A DNA stretch of 64,000 nt from NCBI GenBank assembly GCA_017654855.1, contig CM030336.1:2976001-3040000 (forward strand), read 5' to 3'. The stretch comes from Podospora anserina. Taxonomy: Eukaryota. This document shows, in pieces, positions 24,101-35,269 of the stretch (position 1 is the first letter of the stretch; each line of letters starts with the position of its first letter). A program made the position numbers and the translations under genes. The notes under the pieces are model-generated. The model was not told where the DNA came from. It saw only the letters and a program-made list of their open reading frames with translations, and ran no database searches.

Positions 24101-25849
24101 ATGGCACGCCGGAAAAGCGCTCGTATTGCAGCACAAGAGCCAAAACTGCCAAACCCATACGGGCCACACAATGGTGATTCAGACGACGCCGCTGGGCTGA
24201 TGTCAGCTTCTCAACCCTCATCGCCGGATTCCGCATCCTCTGCATCCGACCCAGATCCTGAACCTCGACCGGCAAAGCGCCGCAAGGTGACAAAACATAC
24301 CCCAAACACGACAACAAGATCACCGACAAAATACTCCAAATCCAACTCCCTTCTTCTCGTCCAGTCTATCTTTACTTCAGCACCCCACGATGGCCGCGCC
24401 CTTCCTCTCCGCCCACACCCGCCCTCCTACCACCAACCCCTCCTCCTATCCTCGCCATCCGCCCAAGCCTCCCTCCTGAGGTGGTTTCAAAAAGAACAAA
24501 CGACCCGCCTCATGCCGTGGCGCAAACCCTTCCTCACGAACCCCTCCCGCGCCGACCTTTCCCGTCGAGCCTACGAAGTCTGGATCTCCGAGATCATGCT
24601 CCAACAAACCCGCGTTGCGACGGTAATAGCATACTGGAACAAGTGGATGACAAAGTGGCCCACGATCGAAGACCTAGCACAGGCAACAGAGGAAGAGGTG
24701 GTCAATATGTGGACTGGGCTGGGGTATTACTCTCGGGCGAGGAGGATACACGCCGGGGCACAAAAGGTTGTCACCGAGATGCAGGGGCTGCTGCCGGATA
24801 CTGTGGAGGGGCTTATGAAGCATGTTCCCGGAGTGGGGAGGTATACTGCTGGGGCGATATCGGCTATTGTGTTTGGCGAGGCGGAACCGATGGTCGATGG
24901 GAATGTTATGAGGGTGTTGTCGAGGCAGATGGGACTGATGGGGGATGTGAAAGGGGACAAGAGGGTGGTAGACGTGCTTTGGGAGGCGGCGGATAGGTTG
25001 GTGAAGGTTGTTGCTGAGGCTGATGGGGAAGAGGGCGAGAAGCCGGGGCTATGGGGACAGGCGTTGATGGAGCTGGGGAGCACGATCTGTACACCAAAGC
25101 CTCAATGTGGAAAATGCCCGGTGACGGAAAGCTGTATGGCTTACGCCGAGGGTTTGGCTCTGGCCTCAGGCCTCAAGCAGGCCGTTCCCGATATTGAGGA
25201 TGGCATTGCTTGTGTGCTTTGTGAACTTGTGGAGGAAGATGCCATGGAAGCGAGCTCGCAGGCTACGGAAAAGAAGGGTAGGCAGCAAACCTCCAAGTTC
25301 TTCGAGGCGTTCCAAGCAAGTTCCATGAAGGAAAAGGATGTTGCTAGCAGAACGCCCTTGTCCCAAGAGTTGAATACCATCATCTCCCATGCCCAGAGGT
25401 TTCCCCTGAAGAAACCCAAGAAGCAGGTCAGAGAGGAAGAAGCTCTTGTTTGCGCCATTCGTCGCGTATCGGACGGACAGTACCTCATCAGTCGCCGGCC
25501 AGGCAAGGGGCTGTTGGCTGGATTGTGGGAGTTTCCCAGCTACATTTTGCCCGCCTCCAATGACAGCACTACCAAAAGCCGGAAAAAGCAGGCATTGGAC
25601 TACGCGTCTGGTCTGGTCGAATCAACAGACGGATACCGTGGAGAACTAGGCACTGTCCCTTGGTTATTTTCACATCTGAGGCTCGCCATGCACGTTCAGC
25701 TGTTTGAACTGGACGATTCAGACAGAAGCCTCCGAACACTGCCCCTGGAATCGAACTATCGATGGGTGTCCAGCGACGAGATTGAATCAGAGTCCATGGG
25801 GACTGGTATGAAAAAGTGCTGGTCCTTGATCAAGGCAACCAGAGAGTAG
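24101..25849 (+). CDS. mutY: A/G-specific adenine DNA glycosylase (MutY/Myh1)
   Basis: YEVWISEIMLQQT, WTGLGYYSRAR, HhH VPGVGRYTAGAI, VDGNVMRV, 4Fe-4S motif CTPKPQCGKCPVTESC, NUDIX-like GLLAGLWEFP and FSH. Confidence 0.95.
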   Translation: MARRKSARIAAQEPKLPNPYGPHNGDSDDAAGLMSASQPSSPDSASSASDPDPEPRPAKRRKVTKHTPNTTTRSPTKYSKSNSLLLVQSIFTSAPHDGRALPLRPHPPSYHQPLLLSSPSAQASLLRWFQKEQTTRLMPWRKPFLTNPSRADLSRRAYEVWISEIMLQQTRVATVIAYWNKWMTKWPTIEDLAQATEEEVVNMWTGLGYYSRARRIHAGAQKVVTEMQGLLPDTVEGLMKHVPGVGRYTAGAISAIVFGEAEPMVDGNVMRVLSRQMGLMGDVKGDKRVVDVLWEAADRLVKVVAEADGEEGEKPGLWGQALMELGSTICTPKPQCGKCPVTESCMAYAEGLALASGLKQAVPDIEDGIACVLCELVEEDAMEASSQATEKKGRQQTSKFFEAFQASSMKEKDVASRTPLSQELNTIISHAQRFPLKKPKKQVREEEALVCAIRRVSDGQYLISRRPGKGLLAGLWEFPSYILPASNDSTTKSRKKQALDYASGLVESTDGYRGELGTVPWLFSHLRLAMHVQLFELDDSDRSLRTLPLESNYRWVSSDEIESESMGTGMKKCWSLIKATRE

Positions 25850-26098
25850 GATCAGCTATGCTGTGGCGATGTGAGACTTCCCCTGTTCGCACTTGTGCTG
25901 CGTCCCCTGGAAGCGCCTAATTGCTGCCCAACCCCGGCGATGTTTGGTGGGATCCACACGACACATTCGTGGTGCCTAGCAACGCCGCTGGAGAGATGTT
26001 CAGCTACAAAACCACACCACGGAAATAAGCCCTCAACCGGCACCATCGAGTCTCCTGCAACATCAAGACACTTGAGTTGAGACTTTGGAGTAAAGAAA

Positions 26099-29000
26099 AT
26101 GGACCAAACCAAAGACCGGCGACGCCTCAAGTTGGAGCCGTCGAAGCTCGGACCCAACGCCAACAATGATGCGAGCTCCCCCAAGACGCCGGACACAGAA
26201 GAAAACAAGCCCAAAGAGACCCCGGTATCCGTATCCCAGCCTGATCTAAGCACACAACACGAAACAGTGGAAAGCGAGGAGTTCAAGCGCCCCAATCTTG
26301 GACTTGGACCTTCCCACGAAGCCCAGGTTGAGGAACGTAGTCTTGAGCGAGAAGCACAGGAGAAGCAGAGGGATCAACCAGATGACGACAACGAATGCAA
26401 AGAAAACCCCATGTCGGATGAAAACCGGGAGTTGATTGATGTGTGGATGCAAACCAAAGATGAAGCGAGAGCCGAGGAAGAGGACAACGTGATGACTCGA
26501 GACAACTACGAGGCCAACTTTAAGGAAGAAGTGGCGCTACACAACCTGTACAAGCATCACTATTTTGACGAACAGTGGCTGCTGTACTCGAAAGAGACAT
26601 CAAAAGACCGCAAAGACGAAGATTGGTTCATTCATTCACCAACTGTGCTGGAGGCAACCGACCCGCAGTACCTCTGCGACATGTGCCGACACGTCGACTT
26701 CACCGTCCTATTTACGCATCGCGATCTGAAGCCTCAGGGGAACAAGGATCCATCCACTGCTTGCATCGAGTTGTATGGACTGTCGAGAGTTCTCAACGAG
26801 AAATCTACGTGTTCATTTTGCAACCTGGTGCGAGAAGCCATTGAGCAACAATGCACTGCTGAAGAACTCGCAAAGGCGAGGCAGACAAAGGCGGGCAAGA
26901 TATCAATCGACATTCTTGATGATGGGCCAGATTGCGCCCTGCGATTGGAGGTTGGCTTCAGCCACTTGGCGACGAAAGTAATTATGCAGAGTATGACATC
27001 CGAGGATGAGCCCTTTGCACTTCAAGGGCTTCCAGTACGCAAGGACGCCGCAGATATCACACGGCTGTGCAACTGGATCCGCACTTGCGAAGGCAGCCAT
27101 TCCAAGCTCCACAGGTCCATTCACGCATTCTCGCCCGAAATGGAGACGCTGCGAGTCATCGACGTTGATGAAGGCTGTCTCGTGACAGTGCCCACGCCGT
27201 GTCGCTATGCTTGCCTTTCCTATGTCTGGGGGAAGAATGCAGCAAGTCTCGTCCATTTGACACTGGAAACAAAGGCAACCCTCGAAAGCCCAGGAATCTT
27301 CAGCAACGGATCAATCGTCATCAGCCAGACCTATCTGGACGCCATCAAGGTTACCAGAGATATTGGACTGCGTTACCTGTGGATTGACGCTCTCTGCATT
27401 GTGCAAGACGACGATGCGGAAAAGGCAATTATTGTCTCGCAAATGGCTGCTGTGTATGGCAACGCCGTCATCAACATCGTTGCCTCCACCAACTTCAGCC
27501 CTGATGGCGGACTTCCGGGGGTGGGTAGCACGCCAAGGGCACGATCCCAGGTAGTTAAACAAATCCAAGGGCTGTCTGTTGGCGCTGTGTTTCATGACTC
27601 CCGTCAGCCATACCACGAGATTGAAGACGCCATCTGGAATTCTCGTGCTTGGACATGCCAGGAGCGTCACCTGTCCCAACGCGCCGTGTACTTTACGGCT
27701 TCTCAGCTCTATTTTACCTGCCCCCATGGGACTGCGTGCGAAGACACAGTTCCCAATTCGACACGGGACCTCAAGCCAACGGTGCCTGTAGATCGGCCAA
27801 AGTTTGAAGAAGCCATATTACCCCTAATGTTCTACATTTGGTCCGACCCGACCCAGACAGAGTTCCCCAACAAGCGCTTCAAGCTAGCTGGTACGGGCAC
27901 AGAATCTGACACCCTGGTATCTACTCGGGAAGAACTGCCTACTCCAACCTATAGAGCAATGCCCGTGGCAGCTTACCGGAGTGGCACTCTTCCCATGGAA
28001 GGGGAGACGCTCTGGAAGACATATCGGGAGGCTGTCAACATGTACACCAAGCGCAAAATGACGTGGCAGAGCGATGTCATCAACGCATTCCAGGGCGTCA
28101 CTGATCTCATTTCTCAGGGGGTGAACACCACCTTCTGGTACGGCATACCCGAGTTTGCCTTTGATCAGGCTCTCTTGTGGTACCCCCAGGAGCCTCTCAC
28201 CCGTCGGACCTATTTGGGAGCCGCCCCGTCCTGGAGCTGGGCTGGATGGGAAGGGCACACAAAGTATCGCGGCCGGGGCTGGCACAATGCCATTGCTGTG
28301 GCACCCTTCAACGTCGTCCACTGGCTTACACATCCGTCTAGTATCGGCACTGTTGTACGGTATCTTTTCGCCCGCGGAGATAGCCCAGAGCGTGTGGCAA
28401 AAATTGTTCAGGCAGCCAAAGAGCAGCCTAAATCCTTGAATTCCTGGGTTCACGCCTTCTTGTATCAACTGGAGGACCTTGACGACGGTTGGAAGGACGA
28501 AAAGGACACCTCGCGCAACGAGCTCTACTTCTCCCATCCCGCCTACCCGGGCCTCCGCTTTACATACCCCATCAACTTGCCGGGGAAACCGTTGCTACCA
28601 CGACATTTACCGGACGGGACACTTCCCTTCACCGCTCGCTCAGTCGAAGCGCGCTTCACCGACATGTCCACAACCGCTCACAAGTCGATACCTGTCGAAG
28701 ACGAGTTTCTGCAGATTGGCCTCAACGATGCGGGCAAATATGGGTCAGGCTCTCGCCGACCGTGGGAGTTTGCTGTCTACCATCAAGGATACCGCGCCGG
28801 GTTCTTGTCTCTCAACGTCCCCCTTTCGTCCATCGACCGTGCGTCGGCTTCGTACAGGCTGGTGGCCATGTCGAGAGACATGGTGCCACAAATCGCCCCG
28901 CCGCCGTGTGGATGGGACCTTTACTGGAACCTGAACCCACGGCGAATGCAGGACAGTGTCTTCTTCGATGAGGAATGGGGACGGCCTGAAGACAGGAGAA

Positions 29001-29242
29001 AGTGGACATTGTTTACTGACTCGGAGCCGGGGAGGGGGCCAGGCAGGGAGAATGGGGATCCGCGCTGGGACCTCGGGCGGTATGAAACACCGGCTATAAA
29101 TGATGTGTACAATGTCTTGTTGTTGGAGAACAAGACTGGCGAGAATGGGGAGTGGTGGGAGGAGAGGATTGGGGTTGGGAAGATTCATGTCGGGGCATTC
29201 TGGATAGCAAGGCCCGTTATTGAGAAGTTTGCTCTGAGGTAG
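26099..29242 (+). CDS. HET-domain protein, 1047 aa, intact
   Basis: LRVIDV, YACLSYVWG, YLWIDALCIVQDD, MAAVYGNA, WNSRAWTCQE, YTKRKMT and PSWSWAGW. CxxC pairs (LCDMC, CSFC) precede the domain. Confidence 0.92.
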   Translation: MDQTKDRRRLKLEPSKLGPNANNDASSPKTPDTEENKPKETPVSVSQPDLSTQHETVESEEFKRPNLGLGPSHEAQVEERSLEREAQEKQRDQPDDDNECKENPMSDENRELIDVWMQTKDEARAEEEDNVMTRDNYEANFKEEVALHNLYKHHYFDEQWLLYSKETSKDRKDEDWFIHSPTVLEATDPQYLCDMCRHVDFTVLFTHRDLKPQGNKDPSTACIELYGLSRVLNEKSTCSFCNLVREAIEQQCTAEELAKARQTKAGKISIDILDDGPDCALRLEVGFSHLATKVIMQSMTSEDEPFALQGLPVRKDAADITRLCNWIRTCEGSHSKLHRSIHAFSPEMETLRVIDVDEGCLVTVPTPCRYACLSYVWGKNAASLVHLTLETKATLESPGIFSNGSIVISQTYLDAIKVTRDIGLRYLWIDALCIVQDDDAEKAIIVSQMAAVYGNAVINIVASTNFSPDGGLPGVGSTPRARSQVVKQIQGLSVGAVFHDSRQPYHEIEDAIWNSRAWTCQERHLSQRAVYFTASQLYFTCPHGTACEDTVPNSTRDLKPTVPVDRPKFEEAILPLMFYIWSDPTQTEFPNKRFKLAGTGTESDTLVSTREELPTPTYRAMPVAAYRSGTLPMEGETLWKTYREAVNMYTKRKMTWQSDVINAFQGVTDLISQGVNTTFWYGIPEFAFDQALLWYPQEPLTRRTYLGAAPSWSWAGWEGHTKYRGRGWHNAIAVAPFNVVHWLTHPSSIGTVVRYLFARGDSPERVAKIVQAAKEQPKSLNSWVHAFLYQLEDLDDGWKDEKDTSRNELYFSHPAYPGLRFTYPINLPGKPLLPRHLPDGTLPFTARSVEARFTDMSTTAHKSIPVEDEFLQIGLNDAGKYGSGSRRPWEFAVYHQGYRAGFLSLNVPLSSIDRASASYRLVAMSRDMVPQIAPPPCGWDLYWNLNPRRMQDSVFFDEEWGRPEDRRKWTLFTDSEPGRGPGRENGDPRWDLGRYETPAINDVYNVLLLENKTGENGEWWEERIGVGKIHVGAFWIARPVIEKFALR

Positions 29243-29480
29243 GGGATATGCCATCGTGCTTGTCTCGCCAGTGACCTGGGTCGAGTGCCGCCGCATGGTG
29301 GAACCTGCCGAACATTGTTTCGGGATTCCCCGCTCGAGCACATGGAGAGTGAGGGGTCGAGATAAGGTTGGAGATAGCTCCCAGAAACATGATAACAAAT
29401 GAACATATAATTTTCAACATTCCGAACTCAAACTCAGCCATCGATTTCATTGTGGCCACACTCTCAAAACACACATCAAG

Positions 29481-30620
29481 ATGTCACCCCCAGAATACCT
29501 CCACCTCGCCTCCCCCCTCGGTCCCATTTCCAGGCCCCTTTTACCTCACCCGCCCCGCGACGCCCTCCCCTCCGAAATCCCCATCATTAACCTCACCCCC
29601 TTGTTTTCCGACGACCTCCCCTCCCGTCAGCACCTCGCCTCCCAAATCCGCCAAGCAGCCACCACGTCAGGGTTCATGTACATCACCCACCACGGCATCC
29701 CCCTCTCCCTCTTCCAAATCGCCCGAAACGCCTCTCTAGATTGGTTCCGCTCCCCTCTTGAGGCCAAACTCCCCGCCAACACGAACAACTCCCTCAAAAA
29801 CAAGGGCGTGGTCGGCTACCGGCCCCGTCAGACACAGCACATCAACCCCTGGGAGAGCGTCGACGTTCGAGAGTCGTTCTCATGGCGGTACGATCCCGCC
29901 TATGACCCGTTGCATTCCCCGTCGGACTTGGAAAACATCCCGGATGAGGTGAAAAGGTATATCGACCACGATAACGATGGGTTTCCCTGGTCGAGAACAC
30001 CAAAAGAGTTTTCGGGGCCGGTGATTGAGTTGTATCAGGCTGTTTTGAAGCTGGGGAGGGAGCTGGTGAGGGTGATGGCTTTGGCGCTTGGGTTGGAGGA
30101 GGACGGGTTGGACGGGAGGTTTGAGTTTCCTGATGTTGGGGTGGCGGTGAATTATTATCCGCCTATTGCTGCAACAAAAGAAGAGGGTAAGGAGAAGGTT
30201 AGTATTGGGAGTCATACTGACTTTCAGCTTTTTACGCTGTTGTATCAGGATAGTGTGGGGGGGTTGCAGGTGTTGGATAGGGAGGGGCAGTGGTTGAATG
30301 CGAGGCCGGTGGAGGGGACGTTGGTGGTGAATTTTGGGGATTACATGCAGCGGATTACGAACGGGAAGTGGGTGAGTACGGTTCATCGGGTGGTGAATAA
30401 CTCGGGGAGGGAGAGGTTGAGCATGGCGTTCTTCTGGGGGTTTGGGCTGCATGAGAGGTGTGGGGTTTTGGATAGTGTGTTGGAGGAGGGGGAGGAGAAG
30501 AAGTATGATGAGATTGGGTGTTGGGAGTGGGTGCAGAGAAGGATTGAGATGATGAGGGAGGTGAAAAAGGGGTTGGGGAATATTACCCCTGAGAAACCCC
30601 TGTCAATGCACTCCCAATAA
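29481..30620 (+). CDS. 2-oxoglutarate/Fe(II)-dependent dioxygenase (IPNS/DIOX_N type)
   Basis: IPIINL, SGFMYITHHG, NYYPP, HTD...H facial triad (GSHTDF, STVHRV), R-x-S motif (RLS). Confidence 0.92.
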   Translation: MSPPEYLHLASPLGPISRPLLPHPPRDALPSEIPIINLTPLFSDDLPSRQHLASQIRQAATTSGFMYITHHGIPLSLFQIARNASLDWFRSPLEAKLPANTNNSLKNKGVVGYRPRQTQHINPWESVDVRESFSWRYDPAYDPLHSPSDLENIPDEVKRYIDHDNDGFPWSRTPKEFSGPVIELYQAVLKLGRELVRVMALALGLEEDGLDGRFEFPDVGVAVNYYPPIAATKEEGKEKVSIGSHTDFQLFTLLYQDSVGGLQVLDREGQWLNARPVEGTLVVNFGDYMQRITNGKWVSTVHRVVNNSGRERLSMAFFWGFGLHERCGVLDSVLEEGEEKKYDEIGCWEWVQRRIEMMREVKKGLGNITPEKPLSMHSQ

Positions 30621-31810
30621 AGACCACCTCGACAGCGGCAAATCTGGGCATTTCATGTCAGTCATTCACCCTGTGGATTCCCGACACAGGGTCAACATAC
30701 GTAGCGGTAGCCGCAAAAACCTCTATCCTCTTCGCATCGCTAAACACGGCAATCACCAGCGCAAACAGCGCCATAAACCCTGCTGTCACCCCTATTCTCG
30801 CATCGGTGCTGTCTAGCCGGTTCAGCACCAGGATTGTCAATACCGGTAAGGTAGACGCAAGAACAGTTGTGATGAGACTGCTTGCTTTGCTGATTCGAGA
30901 AGGACTGTACAAAGTGTGGCCTGTGTCTGTGTCGACAGCCTGGCCGGTGTTGACGCGATGGCCGAGGAGGTGGCGATAAGTTCTGAGAATCTTCTCAGTG
31001 ATGAAAGTGGTACAAGGGTCGGTTTCCTTGACCGGTGCGCTTAGGCAGAGATATGACGAGGGGTTGGGGTCTGCCCAGCTGAAGGCTTCGTTGGACTGGA
31101 GGAAGGGATTGCCGCCTCTGAAGTCGCGTAGCCAGTCTTCGAGGGCAGAGAGTTGGGAAGGTTGAGGGGAGGGAACGGTGTTCATTTGGTGGACTATCAC
31201 GCGTCAATGGTGATCTGAGGGGTTTGTGACAGCGACCCACCTTGGAGTATGAATTCTTCTGGCGTTCAAGATTAGCATCCTGCCGAGGCAATGGGAAAGA
31301 TAAACTCTTCGTACTGTACCCTTTCAGCTTCTCTCTCAACTCCACCATCTTGTGATACTGCATAGTCTTCTTCTCCCGTCAAAGCTTCATATTCTCAGAA
31401 AGTCGCAACGTCGGATCATCCTGGTGGTCAAGCAAACACTGATCCCGATACTCTTGCCCTAGCTCAACAACCTCGGCCTGCAGCGATATAGCGCCAAGAC
31501 ATTCGCTTGATCAAACCTTCTTCAGACTAGCAGCCTCATTCTCACTCCGTCTCATAAAGGTTGCTAACCTGGGATATCCAGGAGGGAGCGGAGGTTGAAA
31601 GTCGTGCACGGTGTGTTTGTTTTGAAGAACAAAGAAACCTGCCTCTGAGAAGAGATGGTGCAGGTGTAAATACGGGTTTGAGGGTTGTCTCAGCTGGTGT
31701 GGTGGGCTGAAGTGTTGGGTTAGGGGCAAGGGGACCGCCTCGACGGCCATATCAGAGGCCCCCCGCCGTCCGCGGACCACACAAGAGACCAGTTGAGTCC
31801 AGGACCCCAT
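30583..31810 (-). pseudogene. DUF6594-type membrane protein, degenerate
   Basis: GYPRLATFM, RRFDQAN, SLQAEVVEL and ELREKLKGY motifs with frameshifts near 31490-31525 and in-frame TGA at 31379-31381. C-terminal TM helices. Intron 30700-30644 joins AATAT to FAAVEVVFIGS, with stop at 30583-30585. Confidence 0.72.
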
Positions 31811-32051
31811 CGACGGAATCCTTCCCGCACGCGCCCGTAATGCTTAGCCTCGATGAACTGTGGTTGTGTAAAGCCTTGCCGCTCATGCTAACGTTGATTG
31901 GGTGGTGATGGATGGATGATAGGCATCCTGGTTACACTTGAGATTGATGATGGCAAGGTAAAACAAGATAAAGTCTTCTCATGTTCCACATGGTGTTTCT
32001 TTTTCGACTCTATTGCGGTGCCCGACTAAGCAATACATCACCTCCACCAAC

Positions 32052-33499
32052 ATGCCCCAAGAAGACCAATTCTGGCTCATCAGTCCCATCACTCTAGTCC
32101 TGTTGGTCTCCTCCGTCATCACCCTCATGACAATATTCGTCGCAATGGCCGCCTTACTTGCCGACTTTGCCCAAAAGGTAGAGCGAGCCGAATCCCACTT
32201 TCAGGCACAGCAGACCGAGTATTTCTGTTTTGCAGCGCGTTCTACGAGAATGCGAGCACATTCTTGACCGACCCGTTGACGCTCCAGACCAAGTTTTGGA
32301 GGCCTTGGAGACCTGCCGACGCCAAGGGGCAAATTATGATGAGCACTCTTTCAAGCTACAACGGAACTCTACCAAGTTGAAGAGATTCCCAATGGGTCAG
32401 AATTTGCGAATCTATTACAATCAGACCGAGCTGGACAAGTCTCTGGCCGCATATAAGGGAAGTGTATTGCTTCTGAGAGACTTGTGCTCTGAGTAAGTGA
32501 ACAAGAAGCCAAGTCACCGGGGAATAGCAGTGAAACTTTCTGATAAGCGACTTGACAGAATTAAGCTTCGACAGCAGCTGGTTGAAATGAGGTAAGTACA
32601 GGCAAGACTCTACCAAAAGTATACATGAAATTTGAGTTTCTAACACGCCACACAGCGCCGCCATGGCAAAACTATCAGCCCTAGCAATTCCAGACCTCGG
32701 GCAGAATGACTCCGATTCTGCATACCGAGTATCCCTAGACGATGATCCAGCCCCTCTAATGTCCGGCGCACTTACCACTAAGAACCCAAACAGTCTTGCA
32801 CTCGTTCATCAGACCAACCACTTGAAACTCGTCGAACAAGTGTGGACAAGAGGCTTCGGCCAGCTCTCCCAAGAGAAATACAACATCGATGCTGCCATCC
32901 GAATCATAATCGACCAGACCCACGCCAAACATCCTGGCCAAGCATTCAAGTACTATCCCGCCGGAGTCAAATTAGACAGCGCATCCGACCTCGACTTGGT
33001 TTCCGTCTCCTATCTCCGCCAAGCCAATGCACTAGAGCACGTCACTCTTGTGCCCATTCCAGAAGACACCCAGATTGCCATCAGGGGTGGGTAACGGCTC
33101 ACTGACCCCAACCCATAGGGTGTTACTCAAGTGGTGCGGGCATGGAGAGAGCAAGATACACGAGGGTTGGTTTGACCTGGTCGATTTCCCAGACATTGAC
33201 ATTTTGTTGGGGACCGCATCGTTGGAGAAGATTGCTGTTGCAAGAGTGGCGCGTGCTTGGCCGATTATCGGGAGGACGAAGCCCAAGGCGATATCCGAGA
33301 GAGAGTATGCTCAGGAGGAAGAGAGTTTGGCACGAGAGAGGGAGACCAAATTGCCGAGTTTGAGAGTAAGCTGGCGGAGAGGAGGAGGGATCAACTAGCG
33401 TTGGGGCGGGCAGATACAATTGTTTCTGATGAAATTAGCACCCATCAGAAAAGGCAAGATGTAGATTTAGAGTTGGAGAATAACAGTGTCGACCCTTAG
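32052..33499 (+). pseudogene. HeLo-like helical domain fused to a retropepsin-like aspartic protease domain (2 introns, 3 frameshifts)
   Basis: ATG at 32052. Canonical introns 32493-32558 and 32592-32655 keep frame. Protease motifs VKLDSASDLDLVS, IRG(V)GNG and IDILLG. Frameshifts at about 32229, 33088 and 33350. Confidence 0.62.
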
Positions 33500-33616
33500 A
33501 CGCTGTCACGGCTCTTCATTACATGTAGCGCTCCTTCAACACACACAAACATAATACCCCTTTTTTGCCCCTCGACCAGCTTTTCCCCTATCTAGTGTCT
33601 TTGCCCCCTCGAGATA

Positions 33617-35269
33617 TCAAGGCCGGCATCTTACCGATCCCCAAGCATCATTTTGCGTCCCAAAGTTATTAACCCCTGGGTATATCAGCGGGAAGTACGT
33701 CCCCGAGTCTCTCTCGCAGTTATCACCCCTAAACGCTCCCGTTAGCATCACAACAAGTTCAAACCAGCAGAACCAAGTGTACTCACCTAAACAACACACA
33801 CCTCCCCATATCCGGCCCAGCAGACCTAACTCTCTTATAAATGTCAGTCCCCGCCAAACTGACACACTTCTCCGCGTGCCCAACCCTGATATTCTCGCAA
33901 CTCCCACCCCATTGAACCTCAGGACAAAGATACAGCCACGTCGACGTAGTCAAAACAGGCGGCACAGCAGGAGTGTAAGAACTAGCCGGGTACTTCGCCG
34001 TCCCATAAACCTCAATCCTCCACCCCGCTCCACACGTTTCTCCCCCGTCACCCGCGCAAGGCATATCACACTGCCCATCAGCCACCAACAACCCCGACCC
34101 AGGCTGGGAGTTGCCGCAAAAGCATTCGGTGCTGTATTCGACTCCCGCATAGAAATATCCCGCCGTCTCACAGGCAGAAATACACTTCTCCGTTGTCATA
34201 CCACCGGTAATGCTACTGATCTGATGCGGCAGAACGCGAGGAGAGTCAGAATCAACAAAACACCCCACCCTCGTCTCAAAGATATCGTTCTGCGCTCCTG
34301 GGAAAAAGCCCATCTTGGAGTTATACGGCGGTGTGACGTCCCCCGGGGTGACAACATTGTTGCCCGTCCGCTGATGCCAGGCGATCATCTGTTTTGGACC
34401 TTTGACGCAAGCAGAGGGGTTATTCGCACAATACACTGGGGGCTGGGCAATGCCCAACCGACGAACTGACGTGCTCCCTGGAACGTGGCAGCGGAAGTTT
34501 TGCATGTACATGTTTGGCTCGCCGCATCCGTCGGGCACCCAGAGCCAGGCGCAGTAGCATTGGCCTGGGGCGCAGGGGGGGAGGTCGGCGGGGATGGGGT
34601 AGTCGACTAGGCGTTTCCAGGGGGTGCTTCACATAAACTGATTAGATGACTGTGTTGCGAAAGGAGAGCGGTGAACTTACTTGGGGGCGACAGAGATGAC
34701 AACCAAATTCTCCATATTCACCTTCGCCAAGTTGGAATTGTACGAAATCGCCAGCGCAGTGCCTGTGGCCCTGGTCTCGTTCTGGGTATGTAACGGACCA
34801 CCAAACCCGTCAGGGTTGTTAACCAGACAGCCCTCTCCTGTGCTGGGGCCGGTCCAGTTCACAGGGTGGTCCCGTCCGTCTGTCCAGTCTGTCGTGAGAT
34901 CACCATTGTAGGAGAGAGTGGTGAAGGCGCGGTTCTCGGCCATTTCACCAGTAAAGACACCTCCTGCAGGTAGAGCGAGGGACTGTCCGCTGGGGGGGCC
35001 CACGACGTTACAGCCTCGGTCCGCTTGCATCCACCACTGCTCCTTGGTGAGGTTATAGAGGGGGTTGACGACGAGGTTGGTGTTTTGATCGTCCACTGCT
35101 GGGTTGTTGCCGCCCTGAAATCTGGATGTCAGTCAAGTTGAGAGCCAGAAAGATAAACGACAAATATCGATGGACGACTTACACGACAATGCATACCCGG
35201 CGCAAAGAGCGCGTGGTGTGCTGTCGCCCCCGTGGCCAGGGCCGCGAAAAGCTTTGCGTGGCGCATCAT
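33617..35269 (-). CDS. Secreted AA14-like lytic polysaccharide monooxygenase + WSC domain + C-terminal crystallin-like module (3 introns)
   Basis: Signal peptide [17 protein letters not shown] is followed directly by His. [30 protein letters not shown] and NMYM match the AA14 pattern. WSC motifs [28 protein letters not shown] and [12 protein letters not shown]. Confidence 0.8.

Noticed and set aside
32220-33100. Programmed ribosomal frameshifting (gag-pro-like) in the HeLo-like/protease gene
   Set aside because: There are three separate shifts, one inside the protease domain, with no canonical slippery heptamer. Simple decay is more parsimonious.
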